Assembly: GCA_964016885.1 (NCBI GenBank) | Contig: OZ024740.1 | Coordinates: 238,762,001 to 238,826,000 of the forward strand | Direction: 5' to 3' | Length of the DNA: 64,000 nt | DNA from: Eledone cirrhosa | Lineage: Eukaryota | In this document: piece after piece, positions 1 to 14,476 of the stretch | Position numbering within the stretch: position 1 is the stretch's first letter | Layout of the letters: the number at the start of each line of letters is the position of its first letter | The notes under the pieces: generated by a model | Databases searched by the model: none | What the model was told of the DNA's origin: nothing | Seen by the model: the letters and a program-made list of their open reading frames with translations, nothing else | Program-made: the position numbers and the translations under genes

Positions 1-729
1 AGGCCATCCCTAAGAGTGTAAAAGCCTGAGAAAGGTTCGTGTCGACTTCTCTGACTTGTCACCTGCACTTCCTCCTTGACCAAGTTCCACTGCTTCATCC
101 TGGAGACGAATAGCTCTGCATTGGACTTGGTCAGACCCATATCCCTGACCAAGTCATTGACTTCTTTTTGGTTTGGCAAGTGAGGAACTTTTTCTGGTAC
201 CTCAGGCAGGTAATCTAAGTCCTCAGCAACCATCTCCTCCTCTTCATCAGAATACTTGTCTTGGAAAATAAGTTTGATATGCAATACAAAATAAATATTG
301 GAAAGGGAAATACATATTTAAATAATATAAAAGAACACTAATCATACTAATGAAAATTCATGCTTAAAACACAACTTACATTTTATTCAGGGTGCGAAAA
401 TCCAGTATCAATAAATCTCTTTAATCCACTTTTTAACAATTTTATACTTTATTGCACTTTTATCATTTTCTTTAGGTATTACTCTTTATTTTATAATTTT
501 AATTTAACCTGAAACATATATAAAAAAAATCATTTAACATAAGCAAATTAAACTTACATACAACGTAAAATCCAGCATACAAATAATTCTAGTGAATAGC
601 TTAGAATTTTTACAAACCCCAACTTTTAACTGTTTAATAGCACTTTTTTATTTATTTAGGACCTAAGCAACACAAAAAAGGGATTACAAGCCAGGAACAG
701 AAAAAATTTTTTTTTTTGTTACACGGTTG
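1..729 (-). mobile_element. 5' part of a DNA transposon (Chapaev/CMC-like) with a transposase fragment at about 1-265
   Basis: The minus strand translates to PHLPNQKEVNDLVRDMGLTKSNAELFVSRMKQWNLV, a transposase-type motif; probable terminus near 729. Superfamily assignment is from recall. Confidence 0.5.
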
Positions 730-1396
730 AAATTAGCAGAGTTGTTAGGGTTTATTGCATTTTGAGTTCAAATCCTGTCATGGTCAACTTTGCCTTGCAT
801 TTTTTGTTTTAGTTGGTAAATAAAATACTGTTCCTGAGGTGGTGGATTGACAGAATTGTTAACAGTTAGGTGGGATGTTTTGCAGCATCTGATCCTTCTC
901 TGTGCATTCTAAGTTCAAATCCCACCTCCTTCTGTTGGGAGTTACAGCGAGCAGATAGTATCAGCAATGGAAAGATAAATAGAAATATTGTTTTCTTGGT
1001 CTGATCTGATGGTCAGCTTCTGTCCATTATTTAAACTTTGAAAAAGAAAAGCAATAGATATTAGTAGTGATTTGGTCTACGCACCTGAAAAATCATACAT
1101 CTTTCCAATTGATTGCTTATCATGTTATGATATTTTTTGAAAGGTTTCATGTAGAATGAAAAAAAACAAAACATTAATTCAAATGGCAAGAATACTGTCA
1201 CAAAAAGGATAACATAAATTGTAAAATATTACTGATATAACTGATGAGCTTAAGATGTTTTTAATAAAATTGAAGTTCGCAGTTGAGATCTGTGATGAAA
1301 TTTTACATTTCATCTGATTTGGATTAGATTTTTTCAAACTGAAAACATTTTGTTACAGCTATTACTACTGATGTAATGTTATTATCAGAACCTAAG

Positions 1397-1581
1397 GGCA
1401 GTGAATTGGCAGTATTGGTAGAGGGTTGGATGCCATGCTTTCTAGCATAGTTACGTCCCTTTACAGTCTGAGTTCAAATCCCGCCGAGGTTAACTTTGCC
1501 TTTTATCCTTATGGGGTTGATAAAATAAAGTACCAGTAATGTACTGGGTAATTGCTGGCCTTGTGCCTAAAGTAGAAACAG
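1397..1581 (+). mobile_element. tRNA-derived SINE family A with 18-bp TSD
   Basis: A box TGGCAGTATTGG, B box GAGTTCAAATCC; TTATTATCAGAACCTAAG duplicated at 1379 and 1582. Confidence 0.88.
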
Positions 1582-2491
1582 TTATTATCAGAACCTAAGA
1601 AATGATTTTTTTAAGAATTCCATTTCTATTTTGTTCAAGTAACTATCATACCATTAATTAAATACATTTGGTACAGGCAAAACTGATAAATTCCTGACTC
1701 TATTATAAACTGAATACTACTTTAAGAATAGATAAGTTGTTGCTTGAGATTTATATGTTGCAAAGAAGAAAAATGTTTACTTCTCTGACCAGAGAAATAT
1801 TAAAAATAAATCAATGAGAACTTTTCAGTATTAGCCAAATATTGGCTGTGTCAGCTATTAATAGGAAAGTAGAAATATTTTCCTTTAATCTGTTCAATAA
1901 AAATCAATTATTTACTTTTATAAAATGAAATTATTTTACTTGCTTCTCTTGTGTGAGTTCTCTTCCCATCTTTCAGCAAACTTATGTAGTATTTGGCTTT
2001 TCTTTCTTATCCAACTCATATTGTAGATAGCTATTAATAGCTAGTTAAAGCCTTTATTATATACACAACAAGCTTTATGAATGTCAATATTTCTGTAAGC
2101 ATAACCTTAAAATTATTTAATGACCTCCATAGTGTTTCTGTTTGAAGTAGTTTGCCATTGACAAATATAAATAAAAAATAAAAGATTTTCTAATAGGGAA
2201 TCCCCCCAACATCTAAATGCTAGAATCAGTGACTGGAATATTTTGGGGATAATGATATCAACTCAGAACCTTTCTTTTAAACAGGATTTTACAAAACTAT
2301 TAGTGTGGGTTGAACTGTTAGAAAAAATGGAAGACCAACTGGAATTATTGAAGTAAATATTTTTCACAAAGTTCAGAAAACACTTTGATTTCTGTATCAT
2401 TGTTAACAGAGTGACTAGCTATATAAAAGTAGCCGAAGTAATAGTCTTCAAAATGAAATAGAAATATTCTCCATTCCCATTTTATTCCTAA

Positions 2492-3113
2492 CTAGCAGTG
2501 GTACCCGGCGTTGCACGGGATAAGGTATTTTTGAACGCGGGCCACCAACAGACCTAATCATGGAAAAACTGCATGCCTGGACAAATGTAAAGAAAATAAA
2601 CTGAATACTCTGATGGCTGGATAATCTTTAAGATTTTCCTCAATGAAGCAGGAAAAATGCAGGTTTTCACCTAATGCGGGTCCTATGGGATTAAGAAAAT
2701 GAATTTTTTTTATGTGCATAATATACCTTGAAATTTTGGGAAATTCAGCTAGACGTAACGTCTCAAAAAAGCCCTAAAAAGCTGAAAAAATGAAATTTTT
2801 AACCTAATGCGGGACCTAGGCCATAAAAAAGTTGGATTTTCTTTGCTTACGGTATGAAGAAGAGACTGACTAATACATAGTTACAATTTCAGGGAAATCG
2901 GTCTGACATAACGCCTAAAAAAACCCTAAAAAGCTGAAAAAAACGCAGTTTTTCACCTAATGCAGGCCCTAGGGGATCAAAAAGTCCCTGAAACATAAGT
3001 AATACACATGTAAAGTTTGAAAAAAAGCGGTTGGGCACTTCTTGAGTTTTAGGGATTCAAACTCACAGATATACACACACACCGACAGACATCCTCAGTT
3101 TTATATATATAGA
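2492..3113 (-). mobile_element. Non-autonomous Helitron
   Basis: The minus strand starts TC(TATATATATAAAA) and ends in hairpin CCCGTGCAACGCCGGG plus CTAG; inserted between A and T; internal subrepeats; related termini at 40618-41424. Confidence 0.8.
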
Positions 3114-4518
3114 TAATTTGTAATACAGGAAAGTGAATAACAGAAATAGTTGAATGACAAATAAAATTTCATATAGTATTTAGTCATGCGTCCTTTATGT
3201 TCTGTGTTCAAACTTTACCAAGAATGCTTTTCATCTTTTTCAGATCAATAAAATGAATACCATTCAAGAACTGGCATTGCTAAAACCTACTGAACTCTCT
3301 ACCTACAAAACTCTCAGCATTGAGCCATGTTAAAAATCCGTAACCTGCAATGCCTGAAAAAGAACATGGAAAATAATGCATTAGACATACTGTGAAGAAT
3401 TCTTTTAGTTTTACATTCCATGGGAATAGTGCTGCTTCATTCTAAATATAAAAGCTCTACAGAACTGACTTGAGTTTAACATTGAAGAGAATTTTTCAGT
3501 TGAGCAAATTGTTCTCATCTGAATATGATCAAAGCTGTCAGTGATAAATATAGCATTTTAAATATGAAGATGGTATTTCATTGTAGCATATGTAGAGTGT
3601 AAAAAGCTGTTCACAGTTGAAATATTTCTTGGCCTAAAGATAAATCTAAATAATTTCTTATGTGATTTTGACAGGGTTAAGAATATAGGGCTTCTGGAAG
3701 AACTTGGTGGAAGAATCGGGCCCTAAATTATGTAGTGAAGAGGGTTGTTTTATGTTGGGCATTGTTTATGAAGAGCGAGATGTAATAAGATTTTATTAAG
3801 GTTGAAAGGCCAATAGAGTTGGATATCCTAACATGTCTAGTGAATTGGAGATTTGAATTCAAGAAATGTGGTATAGTGTGATGTGGTTTTATCCATATTG
3901 AGAAGTCCTTAAAAATGGTCACTCATGGTGTATATTACAGGTTAGAGAGTTATTCATGAGATGTGGTGGTGGGATATGGTATAGTTATATCAATGAGAGG
4001 GCATTGGAGATAGTCAAACCGGCTGTAACTGGCTGCTCATACTTATGTTAAGGTATTGTTCTCAAAATAAATAATATCAAGATCTCATAGATTCGATATT
4101 ATATGAGATAATTATGTAAGATAAAGCTTTTACCGTGAAAATACAATAGTAAATATAGAGTAATGTAAATGCTAAAGGGTTAAGTCATTTCCTTACTAAT
4201 GAAAAAAAAAAGATTAAGACGAGGATACAAGCTGGTATTCTTCTGGGAAAATGGAGGAAACTGGAATTTATTTTTAACTAGAATATTTTTCAACATGCTG
4301 ACGTGTATGTGTATATGTGTGCATGTGTGTATGTGCAATTGCATACATTTATATGCATGAGTATATGAATATAAATGTGCAAACACAGACACACTTACAA
4401 AAATACACACTGACAGACATACATTCTCACAAACATACACACACAGCATAGTAAATGGATTCCAGCCGCTGTTTTGCTATATTTTTTCACCATCCCCTTC
4501 CTTTTACACACGCACATA

Positions 4519-4580
<62 letters not shown>

Positions 4581-6746
4581 TACATTGTGTGACAGACAGA
4601 AGTCCCTCAAATTTATATAAAGATGCTACAATTATAGAGTAGGAGTTCCACAAAATAAATCAGGCTTTTCAGGTTCCAGAGATTGTACTTACCAATGTAT
4701 AAATCTGTACACATCACTTTCCCACTTTGGATGATATTTTCTTTTCAAGAAAATTTTGATGATTTTGAATAAAATTCTGAATCTGTACTGTGTGTTGTAG
4801 TATAAAAGTTTGAAGGGAAAAGAAGAAAAGCAAGAAAAAAAACTAAGCCAAATATGGATCTACATCTGATGCTGATGAAGTGCTTTATCCAAGAAACACA
4901 TTTTGAGTAAAATCCTTCATTCCTATATTAGATGTCTATGAAACTAATTTGAGCAGAAGAACAGAAGTCCATAATTATATGGCAAACAGATTTCAATTTA
5001 GAAGCTTCAGAGGCATATTTATTAATGCTTTTGATTCTAAATTGCTTAAAACTGCTCCAGGTTCCATGATTCAGAACTTTATTTTATCTAGAAACCTTCT
5101 ATCTTAATTTTATATAAGAATTTTTGTTATGTTATTATGTTCAAAACACCAAATAAATAATAAAAACGTTAATCATATTACTATATTACTACATATATTA
5201 CCACATATATTACTGTAAATCCATGATTATTTTCAAATATTTGGTATGGTTTTTCATTAGAAATATTGTAACAAAAGGATTTAAAGAGTATCTAAGTGAT
5301 CTTGATATTAACTTTACAGGTGAACTGAAAAACTTCCATGCTTATGTCAAGCAAATATTGTCCAGAAAAATAGCACATTACCCACTAAAATCTGTAGCAA
5401 TCATTCAAGACAAGATTCATTTAGTTTTTCCTACTGTGAAACTAATATCATGACTATTCTCAATGTCATTTTTACAGCTGAAGAGAATAAAAAATGAACT
5501 GAGAACAACAATGACTCAAGAAAAATGTCTGCACTTAGCATCATGTGCAAAGAAATTAATAAGTTGTGTTAGAAATCACAATTCATGATTTTGATTTTCA
5601 ACAATTACAAAAGAAAATGTTATTTCAGGTTAAATGTGTTATTAAATATTACTATATTTGTAATGAAAGACAAAATTTTCAAATCGTTTTGAAAATATTC
5701 AAGAATTTGGAGGGATTTAATAAAATAACTAATTTTCTCATTATTAAACCAGTGTTTGGAATGATTGTCTTTACATAAAATTATAATGGAAGGTTTTTTA
5801 AAAATAAATATGAACACTTTAACATAAACAGTTTTATCTCATAGAACCAGAGCCAGTTTATTGTGATTTCATATTAAAAGAGTTAAATAAGTAAAAAGCA
5901 TACCTTCTAGTATAATGTTTTAACAAGGGGCCTGATCATATCTAAATCTGGGACCACCTGAAGAAAAACACGTGTCTTTTTTGTGCTGCATCTTTACAAG
6001 ACATTTAATAATTTCTAATATATTTCTGCAATTATCTGACATTTGTCACGTACAAAATAACTTCTCTGTGTGATAAAGAATATGTGTTAACATATGTGAT
6101 GTGTGTGTGTGCATGAGCATATGCTTATATTTTTGTGTGAGTGTGTGTGTGTGTGTGCATGTGTGTATGTGTGTGCGTGCATGCACTCATGTTTATGTAT
6201 GTGTGAGTGTATGTGTGTGTCTACGTGTTTGCCAGTATTTATCTAGATTGGAATGGCAGCCGTAGACAGAGAAATTTTCCACCTCAGCTTCTGAATCTGG
6301 CTTCATGTTTGAGCTTGTCAAGGGTGGAAAAGATTTTTATTCCTGACAAACTGCCAGATCTTTTGTCCTGACTTGCCAGATATAAATGCTGATTGCACAG
6401 TACAATGCAGGAACTGGTGCAAACAATCAATTATTCAGGCAATTAATATTAATAAATTGGAAAATCTCTGTAAACTTTCATTTTCTTCTTATACATAACC
6501 ATCATCATCATTTAACGTCTATCTTCCACGCTAGTATAGGTTCAATGGGTTTGTCACTTTTAGAGGCAAGTAGGATCGGGTGACTATGTCTCACTCATAT
6601 AGGACTGTTTCTGACTGGTTTTCTATGGCTGGATGCCATTCCTAACGTCAACCACATTTACAGTATGTGCTGGGTGCTTTTTGTCGGGACACCTATACGA
6701 CCACTTTACAGTGTGGGCTGGATGTTTTGCGGTACCAACATTATAT

Positions 6747-6815
<69 letters not shown>

Positions 6816-7154
6816 CATATATCATATACATACACATACATATATCATATATATATACATATATATATATATATCATACATATATATACATACATTATAT
6901 ATATACACATATATATATCATCATCATCGTTGTTTAACGTCCATGTTCCACACTAGCATGGGTAGGATGGATTGACCCTTAGGGAGAGAATCAGGTCAGA
7001 GGACCATGTTTAGCTCACCCGGGGCAGATTTTGGCCTAGTTCCTACAGCTGGGTGCCCTTCCTAACGCCAACCACATTTACAGTGTGTGCTGGGTGCTTT
7101 TTGTCATGTCACCTATATAACCACATTACAGTGTGAACTGGGCCATATATATAT

Positions 7155-7500
7155 ATGGAGGCACATGGCTTAGTGGTTAGAGCATTGGCCTTGCAATTGA
7201 AAGGTTGTGAGTTCAATTCTCAGACCGGGTGATGTGTTGTTTCCTTGCGCAAGACACTTTATTTCACATTGCTCCAGTTTACTCAGCTGTAGAAATGAGA
7301 TGATAGGGACTGGGGTCCCTATCATTCCACTGCAAAGTGGTCGTGGAGGTGCCATGGCAAAAAAACACCCAGCACACACTGTAAATGAGGTTGGTGTTAG
7401 GAAGGGCATCCAGCTGTAGAAATCAAGCCAGAATCAGTTCCCGTCCCACCCTTGCAAGCAGGGAATAGCGGACGTAAAATGATGATGATGATGATGATGA
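7155..7500 (+). mobile_element. tRNA-derived SINE family B with RTE-like 3' tail ending (GAT)n
   Basis: A/B boxes (TGGCTTAGTGG, GAGTTCAATTC); near-identical copies at 36742 and 62715 (minus). Confidence 0.85.
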
Positions 7501-7739
7501 TTTGGTGGATTCTCTTGTTGTGAACGAGAAATGAGGGTTCAGCAAGATTTTTTTTTAATAGGAAATAACAAAACAAAAGGAAAATAAAAAATAACTCCAT
7601 GAATGCACATATGTCTCTTAAGGCCTGCAGCTGTCACAGATTCATTCTGCTTGAAAATCTGTGGATCACCCACCACATGCTTCCTCGAGTGGACTGCAAG
7701 GCACACTTTGCTTCGTGTGATAAAACCACAGTGGTAAGT

Positions 7740-8830
7740 AAGATTGTCATTTTGAAGAGTAGCATGCTGCCAGCACGCCTTGGTATTAGTACGTAGTTGG
7801 TCACAATGTTCAAGTCAGCCCAGCTCAAAACTTTGAATAGATGACAAGCAGCACTGATGCCAGCTCTTGTGTTCTGATGCTTCCTCCTCCCACGAAAAGA
7901 AGGGGATGTTGCATCACTTCAGATTGTCCTTGAGTTTGTCTTTGAAGCACAAAAGTGGTCTTCCAGCTGGTCTGCCTGTCGGAAACTGACTCCAAAATAG
8001 CTGATTAGGAAGTCTGCTATTGCTCATATGAGAAAGATGCCCTTCCCACCTGAGCTGGACTTTCAAGAGGATAGCTTCAATGCATGATATGTTGCATTTA
8101 GACAGAACTTCACTGTTTCTAATGTGATTAGTTAGTTTTATGTTGCAGATGGTATGCAAGCATCTCATGCGAAAAACATCAAGCTGATTGATGTGCCTTC
8201 GGTACAGAGTTCATGATTCAGCAGCATAGAGTAGCAATGTCAGTACTACCGACCTGTACACAGCAACATTAACCTTTAATCAGACATCATGCATGTTCCA
8301 ATGCCTGTGGTAAAGCCTGCCAAACACAAAGCTAGCCTTCCCAATCCTGCACTTTATTTCTTTGTCCATCTTAGCATCATTGGATGCAATGGAGCCTAGA
8401 TAGCTGAAGGGGGAAACAGTTTTCAAGGCCTTTCCATTGACATAAACAGTAGGAACAACAGCAAGAGAATGGTTGTGGGAAGGCTGATGGACAAGCTCCA
8501 TTTTTTTAATACTGATGGTCAGACCAAAAGCTTTTGATGTGTCAGTGATCCACTGGATTTTCTCAAGGTTGTGGACCACAAGACCACATTATGGTCTTAG
8601 TACCTGCTTTGAAGTGTTGTTGGTTGAACAAGCCACCATTTGTTGTATATTTAAGCCTCATCCCTCTTTGACATTTTCAAAAGCTGTTTCCAGCATGGCA
8701 GAGAAACACAAGTAAATAGGAGTGGTGCAAGAACGCACCCTTGTTTTGTTCCATCTGAAACTGTGAATGGGTCGGACACTTCTCCGCTGGCTCTAACTGA
8801 AGCCATCATTCCTGGAAACTGTGCCAAAAG
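7740..8830 (-). pseudogene. Degraded RTE (BovB-like) LINE ORF2 3' fragment
   Basis: FSYLGS, FGLTISIKK, QLRWEGHLSHM and GRP motifs in broken ORFs. Confidence 0.85.
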
Positions 8831-11477
8831 TTTTTGTGAGATTAACGAAAAGGAGAAAGAGATCCTTATATTATATTATATTAATTTATGTAGAGTATGG
8901 TAGGAAGAGGGTGCATGGCCCACCGACATCACTTTTTTCCTTATGAGAGTCATGGACATATAGATTGCCCATGGTCATCGACCCTCAAAGATGAGGATGG
9001 GATGAAACTAGACCTGACTCTACACATAAGTTGTGAGTACTCATTTAGTTAATGTTTGATTGTCTTTATGTATGGTTATATGCATGGGACTGAGTTTTGA
9101 AGGATATGATTAGTTTGACAAAATGAAAGTCACTCCATATATTCAAGGATCACCAAAGTCTGAATAAACTAAATATGTTTTAAAAGAAATCCTTATTATT
9201 GTAAAGCTACACCTATTTATGTATGGTGTAAATTGTTAAATCTTTGCATCCTGTTATGATTTATCAGAAAATATTAAAACAATCTATCCATTAGTATCTT
9301 TACTAGTGGATAGATTGTTGGGAAAATTTGCAGTAATTTAAAGTAAAGCTTTTAATTTTTAATGTAATGCAGTTATAACGCCTTATATTTGCCTTATATA
9401 AGGCATTGTGTTGGCAAAGTTTGGGAAGCATGGAGGTTTTGAAGGATGCTAACAACTGATGCAGGTAGTTTGTTCCATGCTTCAGCAACTCTGAGCATGA
9501 AAAAATGTTTCTGAAAGTCATGGGAGCTGTGCTGTTTTCTGACTTTGTAAGCATGCCCACAGGTGTTAGACACATGGAGCTCATGTTATTTCATGTGGTA
9601 CAAAATGTTAAAAGTTAAAGTATGAGAAAAAGTTTCAAAAATCCTGGCTTACTAATTCATAATTTTCAAATTAAGTGAGGGAAGAAAACTATTAAAGAAA
9701 TAAAACTTCATGTAAATTGTGCAATATTGAAATATAAGCTCATAAAACTGATTTATCAAAGCATCCATCTTCAGCTAAAATAAAAACATAGTACTATAAT
9801 AAACTCAAATTTCCCAAACACTATCAAAGCATTTTTCTTCAGTTGCAAAATGACAAGCCTAGAACTAAGTTAACAGCATTTGTAGCTTATTGTGTAAGTA
9901 TTTGTAGCATTGACTATTTAAGAGAATTTATCAATAAAGGAATTCCTTCATCAGCAGTTGTAATTAATTGGAAACTGTATATAACAAAAGGCATGAAAAG
10001 TACCTATATATGTATTAGATATTACAATAAAAGATAAAATATAATTTTTTAAAAATATATTTCAAAAGGCTATCACAATTTATTTTAGAAAAATATAAAT
10101 TTTTAATTATATAAAAATCCTAAATAAGAATTTAGTACCCAGATGCAACAAATGACCTTTATTTACAATGTGTGAGACCTGTTTTGAATGAATTAGAAAA
10201 GAAATCATTCAACACTGTGTGCTTGAGGAAAAGCAGTGACACTAAAAATTGCAACTGGTGAACCTAGATTACCACTGAGCAATTCCACAGCTGAAAGAAT
10301 TTTGAAGAATAACCTTTACCAAAATTAGAAATGGGATGGGATCAGATCCTCTTTTGTCAATTATAAAACTAAAGCTAAAACTTGAAGAACAGAATATATG
10401 CTAATGAAGCATCTGTGTATACAAATCTATCACACAACCTACACTGGAACACATTAGGTCTTTGTAGGTGCACAGTACTGAAATAGCTTGTAGGTGGGAA
10501 ACATAAAATTGCTTACCTTTTTGGTCCTTCCCTGAATGTCACTGTTGTCTAGCTGCATAATCTACAAGCCATCCTCCCCCAAACTCTGACCGAAATTCCA
10601 GGTTTTGGATGAACTCACAAACTAACTATAAATCTCCATGAAGAAAGAGGCACTATCATTTTGTCCTTCTACTCATGTGTTATTTCTGCCACACCACTCA
10701 TAACCCCCCTGTCATGTCATCTACTGAAACACACAGATACATTAAGCTCAACACAAAACCCTGTCATCATCATAATACTAACATGCATTTATACCAAGAC
10801 ATATATAAGTTAATTTACAAATAAATGGTATAAAATCATCATCATAATCGTTTTTCATGCCCATGTCTCCTAGCTTGCGTGAGCTGGTTGACCTTTTTCC
10901 AGCACAGCTTCCCTCTACTTGTGTTCCTTTGTCATTTCTTCTGCGACATTTAGTGTTTTAAGACCCATTTTCACCACTTCTGCCCAGATCTTTCTTAGCC
11001 TTCATCTACTTCAGTTTCCTTTCAGCTCCTGGATATTCTTCACCCAATGATTATGCTCCATACACATCACATGTCTACACCCACACAGCTGCCTCTCTTG
11101 CATGCTAAATTTGATTCCTCTTACAGTCAGTTTCACTTTCAGCTCATCCATGCTGTACCATTCATGCACATCAACATCACACATTCATTAAAGAATGCTC
11201 GCTTCATTTCTCTTGCAAATAATAATCCTTCAACAAACACAGCCATTAAATCATCTGACAAATATATTTCCAACACAATTATTGTCACTACTAGCACTAT
11301 TTTCCACCCTAATAAATGCTAAGCATCAATAGTCAAAGACAATAAACCACAGAAGCTGTGAAGAGATGAGACTGATCAGATATAAGTACTCTCTGGAGTG
11401 TCGATAAAATAGATGGCTTATAAGCTGACAATATGGGACCATAATAAGAACATATAGCCATTTCTCCCATTATCTTG

Positions 11478-11660
11478 AATTGGCAGTATCGGTAGAGGGT
11501 CGGACTCCATGCTTTCCAGCATAGTTACGTCCCTTTACGGTCTGAGTTCAAATCCCGCCGAGGTTAACTTTGCCTTTCATCCTTACGGGGTCGATAAAAT
11601 AAAGTACCAGTAATGTACTGGGTAATTGCTGGCCTTGTGCCAAAAGTAGAAACAATTATC
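11478..11660 (+). mobile_element. SINE family A copy
   Basis: High similarity to 1397-1581. Confidence 0.85.
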
Positions 11661-11713
11661 TTCTCTATTCCCTCATGGAGTACATTGAAGTAAGGATTTT
11701 TGTTTCTTAGAGC

Positions 11714-11750
<37 letters not shown>

Positions 11751-12139
11751 TTAACATCTTTCCCTGCTTGTACTTATATTTGACCATAAGTGTGTTCAAC
11801 AAGAGCAACAGCAGGAGCAAGAACAGAAGCAGCAGGAAGCAACAGCAGCAACAGCAGCAGTGGCAGCAGCACAATGACAACAACAACTTTCTATGGTAAA
11901 AATTATGAAAAGAAACACTGTTGAAAGTAATTAATTAATAAAGCTAGTAATATTGTATCACTAATGGATCAAAACACACTTTTTAAAATATCTTTTTATA
12001 CATTCTTATAAACTGATTTGAATCTGCCAGTATAAACATTGTTTCTAAATATAACATTTTACACAACAAAACAGGTTTCCATCAATAATGAATGTAAATC
12101 GTTCATTTCCCTAGTTAAGCAGATGCTGGCCTCATACCA

Positions 12140-12342
12140 ACCGATCATGTCTTTCCCAACCTTCACGCTTGAACGAGTTCAGTTGAGTTGAATTGTGATT
12201 GTTATTTCTTTTCATAGAAAAATTACTGGCCTTAAAGCAATATGCAATATAGTTTGGATTTACATCCGTAGAAAAACTTGTCCTGAAAAGCAGACGATTC
12301 TGTACGTTCATGCGCAGACATTATTGACTGAGTTCACCCAAA
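12140..12342. promoter_or_regulatory. Probable NAMPT promoter/5'UTR region, possibly bidirectional
   Basis: Unique sequence immediately upstream of the ATG, locally retains CpGs, TGCGCA at about 12311; positional inference. Confidence 0.4.
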
Positions 12343-12402
12343 ATGGCAGCGTGCTTAGCTGGTGTTACTGACAACATTTTACTTGTTACTGACTCATATA
12401 AA
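12343..12402 (+). CDS. NAMPT: NAMPT coding exon 1 (MAACLAGVTDNILLVTDSYK)
   Basis: ATG in aaaATGG context; NILLxTDSYK motif of the NAMPT N-terminus; GTAAGT donor at 12403; phase 0 join to exon 2. Confidence 0.93.
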
Positions 12403-12834
12403 GTAAGTTATTTTTGTCAAACATTCTGTTTAAAACATTTTTACAGCATTAAGTTTGTTTGTTTCTATATTTCATTGAAAATAATCATTTAGATCTTTCT
12501 TTTTCTTTAATTTTTTTTTAGAAATAGTTTGAAGTTCTCAAAAGTATCGTCTGCATCTGATTGATATGTTGTTTTATGTTGTGATGTATCACTTAAAAAT
12601 AAATTTGTAAATAGATTAATGGTCAGTTAGCACTGTGTTATTGCATCAAGTGTTGGAGATAGACTTAACCCCAAGTCCTCCCCAATACATAAGACATCAT
12701 TAAAGGCATTCCAGCCATGAACATTCCAATTTTATCTTTAAACATAACTATATCTGAAGACAGTAAAGTGTGATTTGAGGGAGATTTTCATGCTATTTCT
12801 AGTAGCTCTGGCTGTACCAATGTTATTGTGTTTG

Positions 12835-14450
12835 AAAGATGTGTAGACAGACTAACTGTCAGTTTTATTGTGGTGTAGTCACTGTTGTCTAGACTGACTA
12901 ATGGTCAGTTTTATTGTGGTGTTGTGACTGTTGTCTAGATAGACTAATGGTCAGTTTTATTGTGGTGGTGTGACAATTGTCTAGACAGACTAACTGACAG
13001 TTTTATTGTGGTGTTGTGACTGTTGTCTAGACTGACTAATGGTCAGTTTTATTGTGTTATGACTGTTGTCTAGACAGACTAACGGTCAGTTTTATTCTAG
13101 TGACTGTTGTGTAGACAGACTAACGGTCAGTTTTATTGTGGTGTTGTGACTGTTGTGTAGACAGACTAACAGTCAGTTTTATTGTTGTGACTGTTGTGTA
13201 GACAGACTTATGGTCAGTTTTATTGTGTTGTGACTGTTGTGTAGACCGACTAATGGTCAGTTTTATTGTGTTGTGACTGTTGTGTAGACAGACTTATGGT
13301 CAGTTTTATTGTCTTGTGACTGTTGTGTAGACATACTAATGGTCAGTTTTATTGTGTTGTGACTGTTGTGTAGACCAACTAATGGTCAGTTTTCTTGTGG
13401 TGTTGTGACTGTTGTGTAGACATACTAATGGTCAGTTTTATTGTGGTGTTGTGACTGTTGTGTAGACAGACTAATGGTCAGTTTTATTGTGGTGTTTAGA
13501 CTGTTGTGTAGACAGACTAATGGTCAGTTTTATTGTTGTGTTGTGACTGTTGTGTAGACCAACTAATGGTCAGTTTTATTGTGGTGTTGTGACTGTTGTG
13601 TAGACCAACTAATGGTCAGTTTTATTGTTGTGTTGTGACTGTTGTGTAGACCAACTAATGGTCAGTTTTATTGTTGTGTTGTGACTGTTGTGTAGACCGA
13701 CTAATGGTCAGTTTTATTGTTGTGTTGTGACTGTTGTGTAGACAGACTAATGGTCAGTTTTATTGTGTTGTGACTGTTGTGTAGACAGACTAATGGTCAG
13801 TTTTATTGGGGTGTTTAGACTGTTGTGTAGACCAACTAATGGTCAGTTTTATTGTTGTGTTGTGACTGTTGTGTAGACATACTAATGGTCAGTTTTATTG
13901 TGTTGTGACTGTTGTGTAGACCAACTAATGGTCAGTTTTCTTGTGGTGTTGTGACTGTTGTGTAGACATACTAATGGTCAGTTTTATTGTGGTGTTGTGA
14001 CTGTTGTGTAGACAGACTAATGGTCAGTTTTATTGTGGTGTTTAGACTGTTGTGTAGACAGACTAATGGTCAGTTTTATTGTGGTGTTTAGACTGTTGTG
14101 TAGACAGACTAATGGTCAGTTTTATTGTGGTGTTTAGACTGTTGTGTAGACCAACTAATGGTCAGTTTTATTGTTGTGTTGTGACTGTTGTGTAGACCAA
14201 CTAATGGTCAGTTTTATTGTTGTGTTGTGACTGTTGTGTAGACCGACTAATGGTCAGTTTTATTGTTGTGTTGTGACTGTTGTGTAGACAGTCTAACGGT
14301 CAGTTTTATTGTGGTGTTGTGTAGATATACTAATGGTCAGTTTTATTGTGGTGCTGTTACTGTTGTCTATACAGACATACTAATAATTAGGTTTATTGTC
14401 ACTGTTGTGTATATATACTAACGGTCAGTTTTGTGGTGTTGTGACTGGTT
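12835..14450. repeat. Minisatellite, about 46-bp unit (GGTGTTGTGACTGTTGTGTAGACAGACTAATGGTCAGTTTTATTGT), about 35 copies
   Basis: Head-to-tail units with 43/46-bp length variants and degenerate ends. Confidence 0.95.
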
Positions 14451-14476
14451 GGGCTGTATTATTCATAAGACTAAGT

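Noticed and set aside
1407-1485. tRNA genes suggested by A/B boxes
   Set aside because: No cloverleaf; these are SINE heads followed by SINE bodies and TSDs.
6620-6975. ORFs rich in YI/CV/HT/poly-H/poly-M (also near 21.8, 25.1, 50.4, 52.6 and 62.0 kb)
   Set aside because: Translations of (TA)n, (CA)n and (CAT)n microsatellites.
11800-11890. Poly-Gln-like exon
   Set aside because: A CAG/CAA microsatellite without supporting splice sites or a long ORF.
12835-14450. CRISPR-like periodic array
   Set aside because: Units are contiguous with no unique spacers, there are no cas genes and the context is eukaryotic. The same applies to 28121-28418 and 50634-50947.
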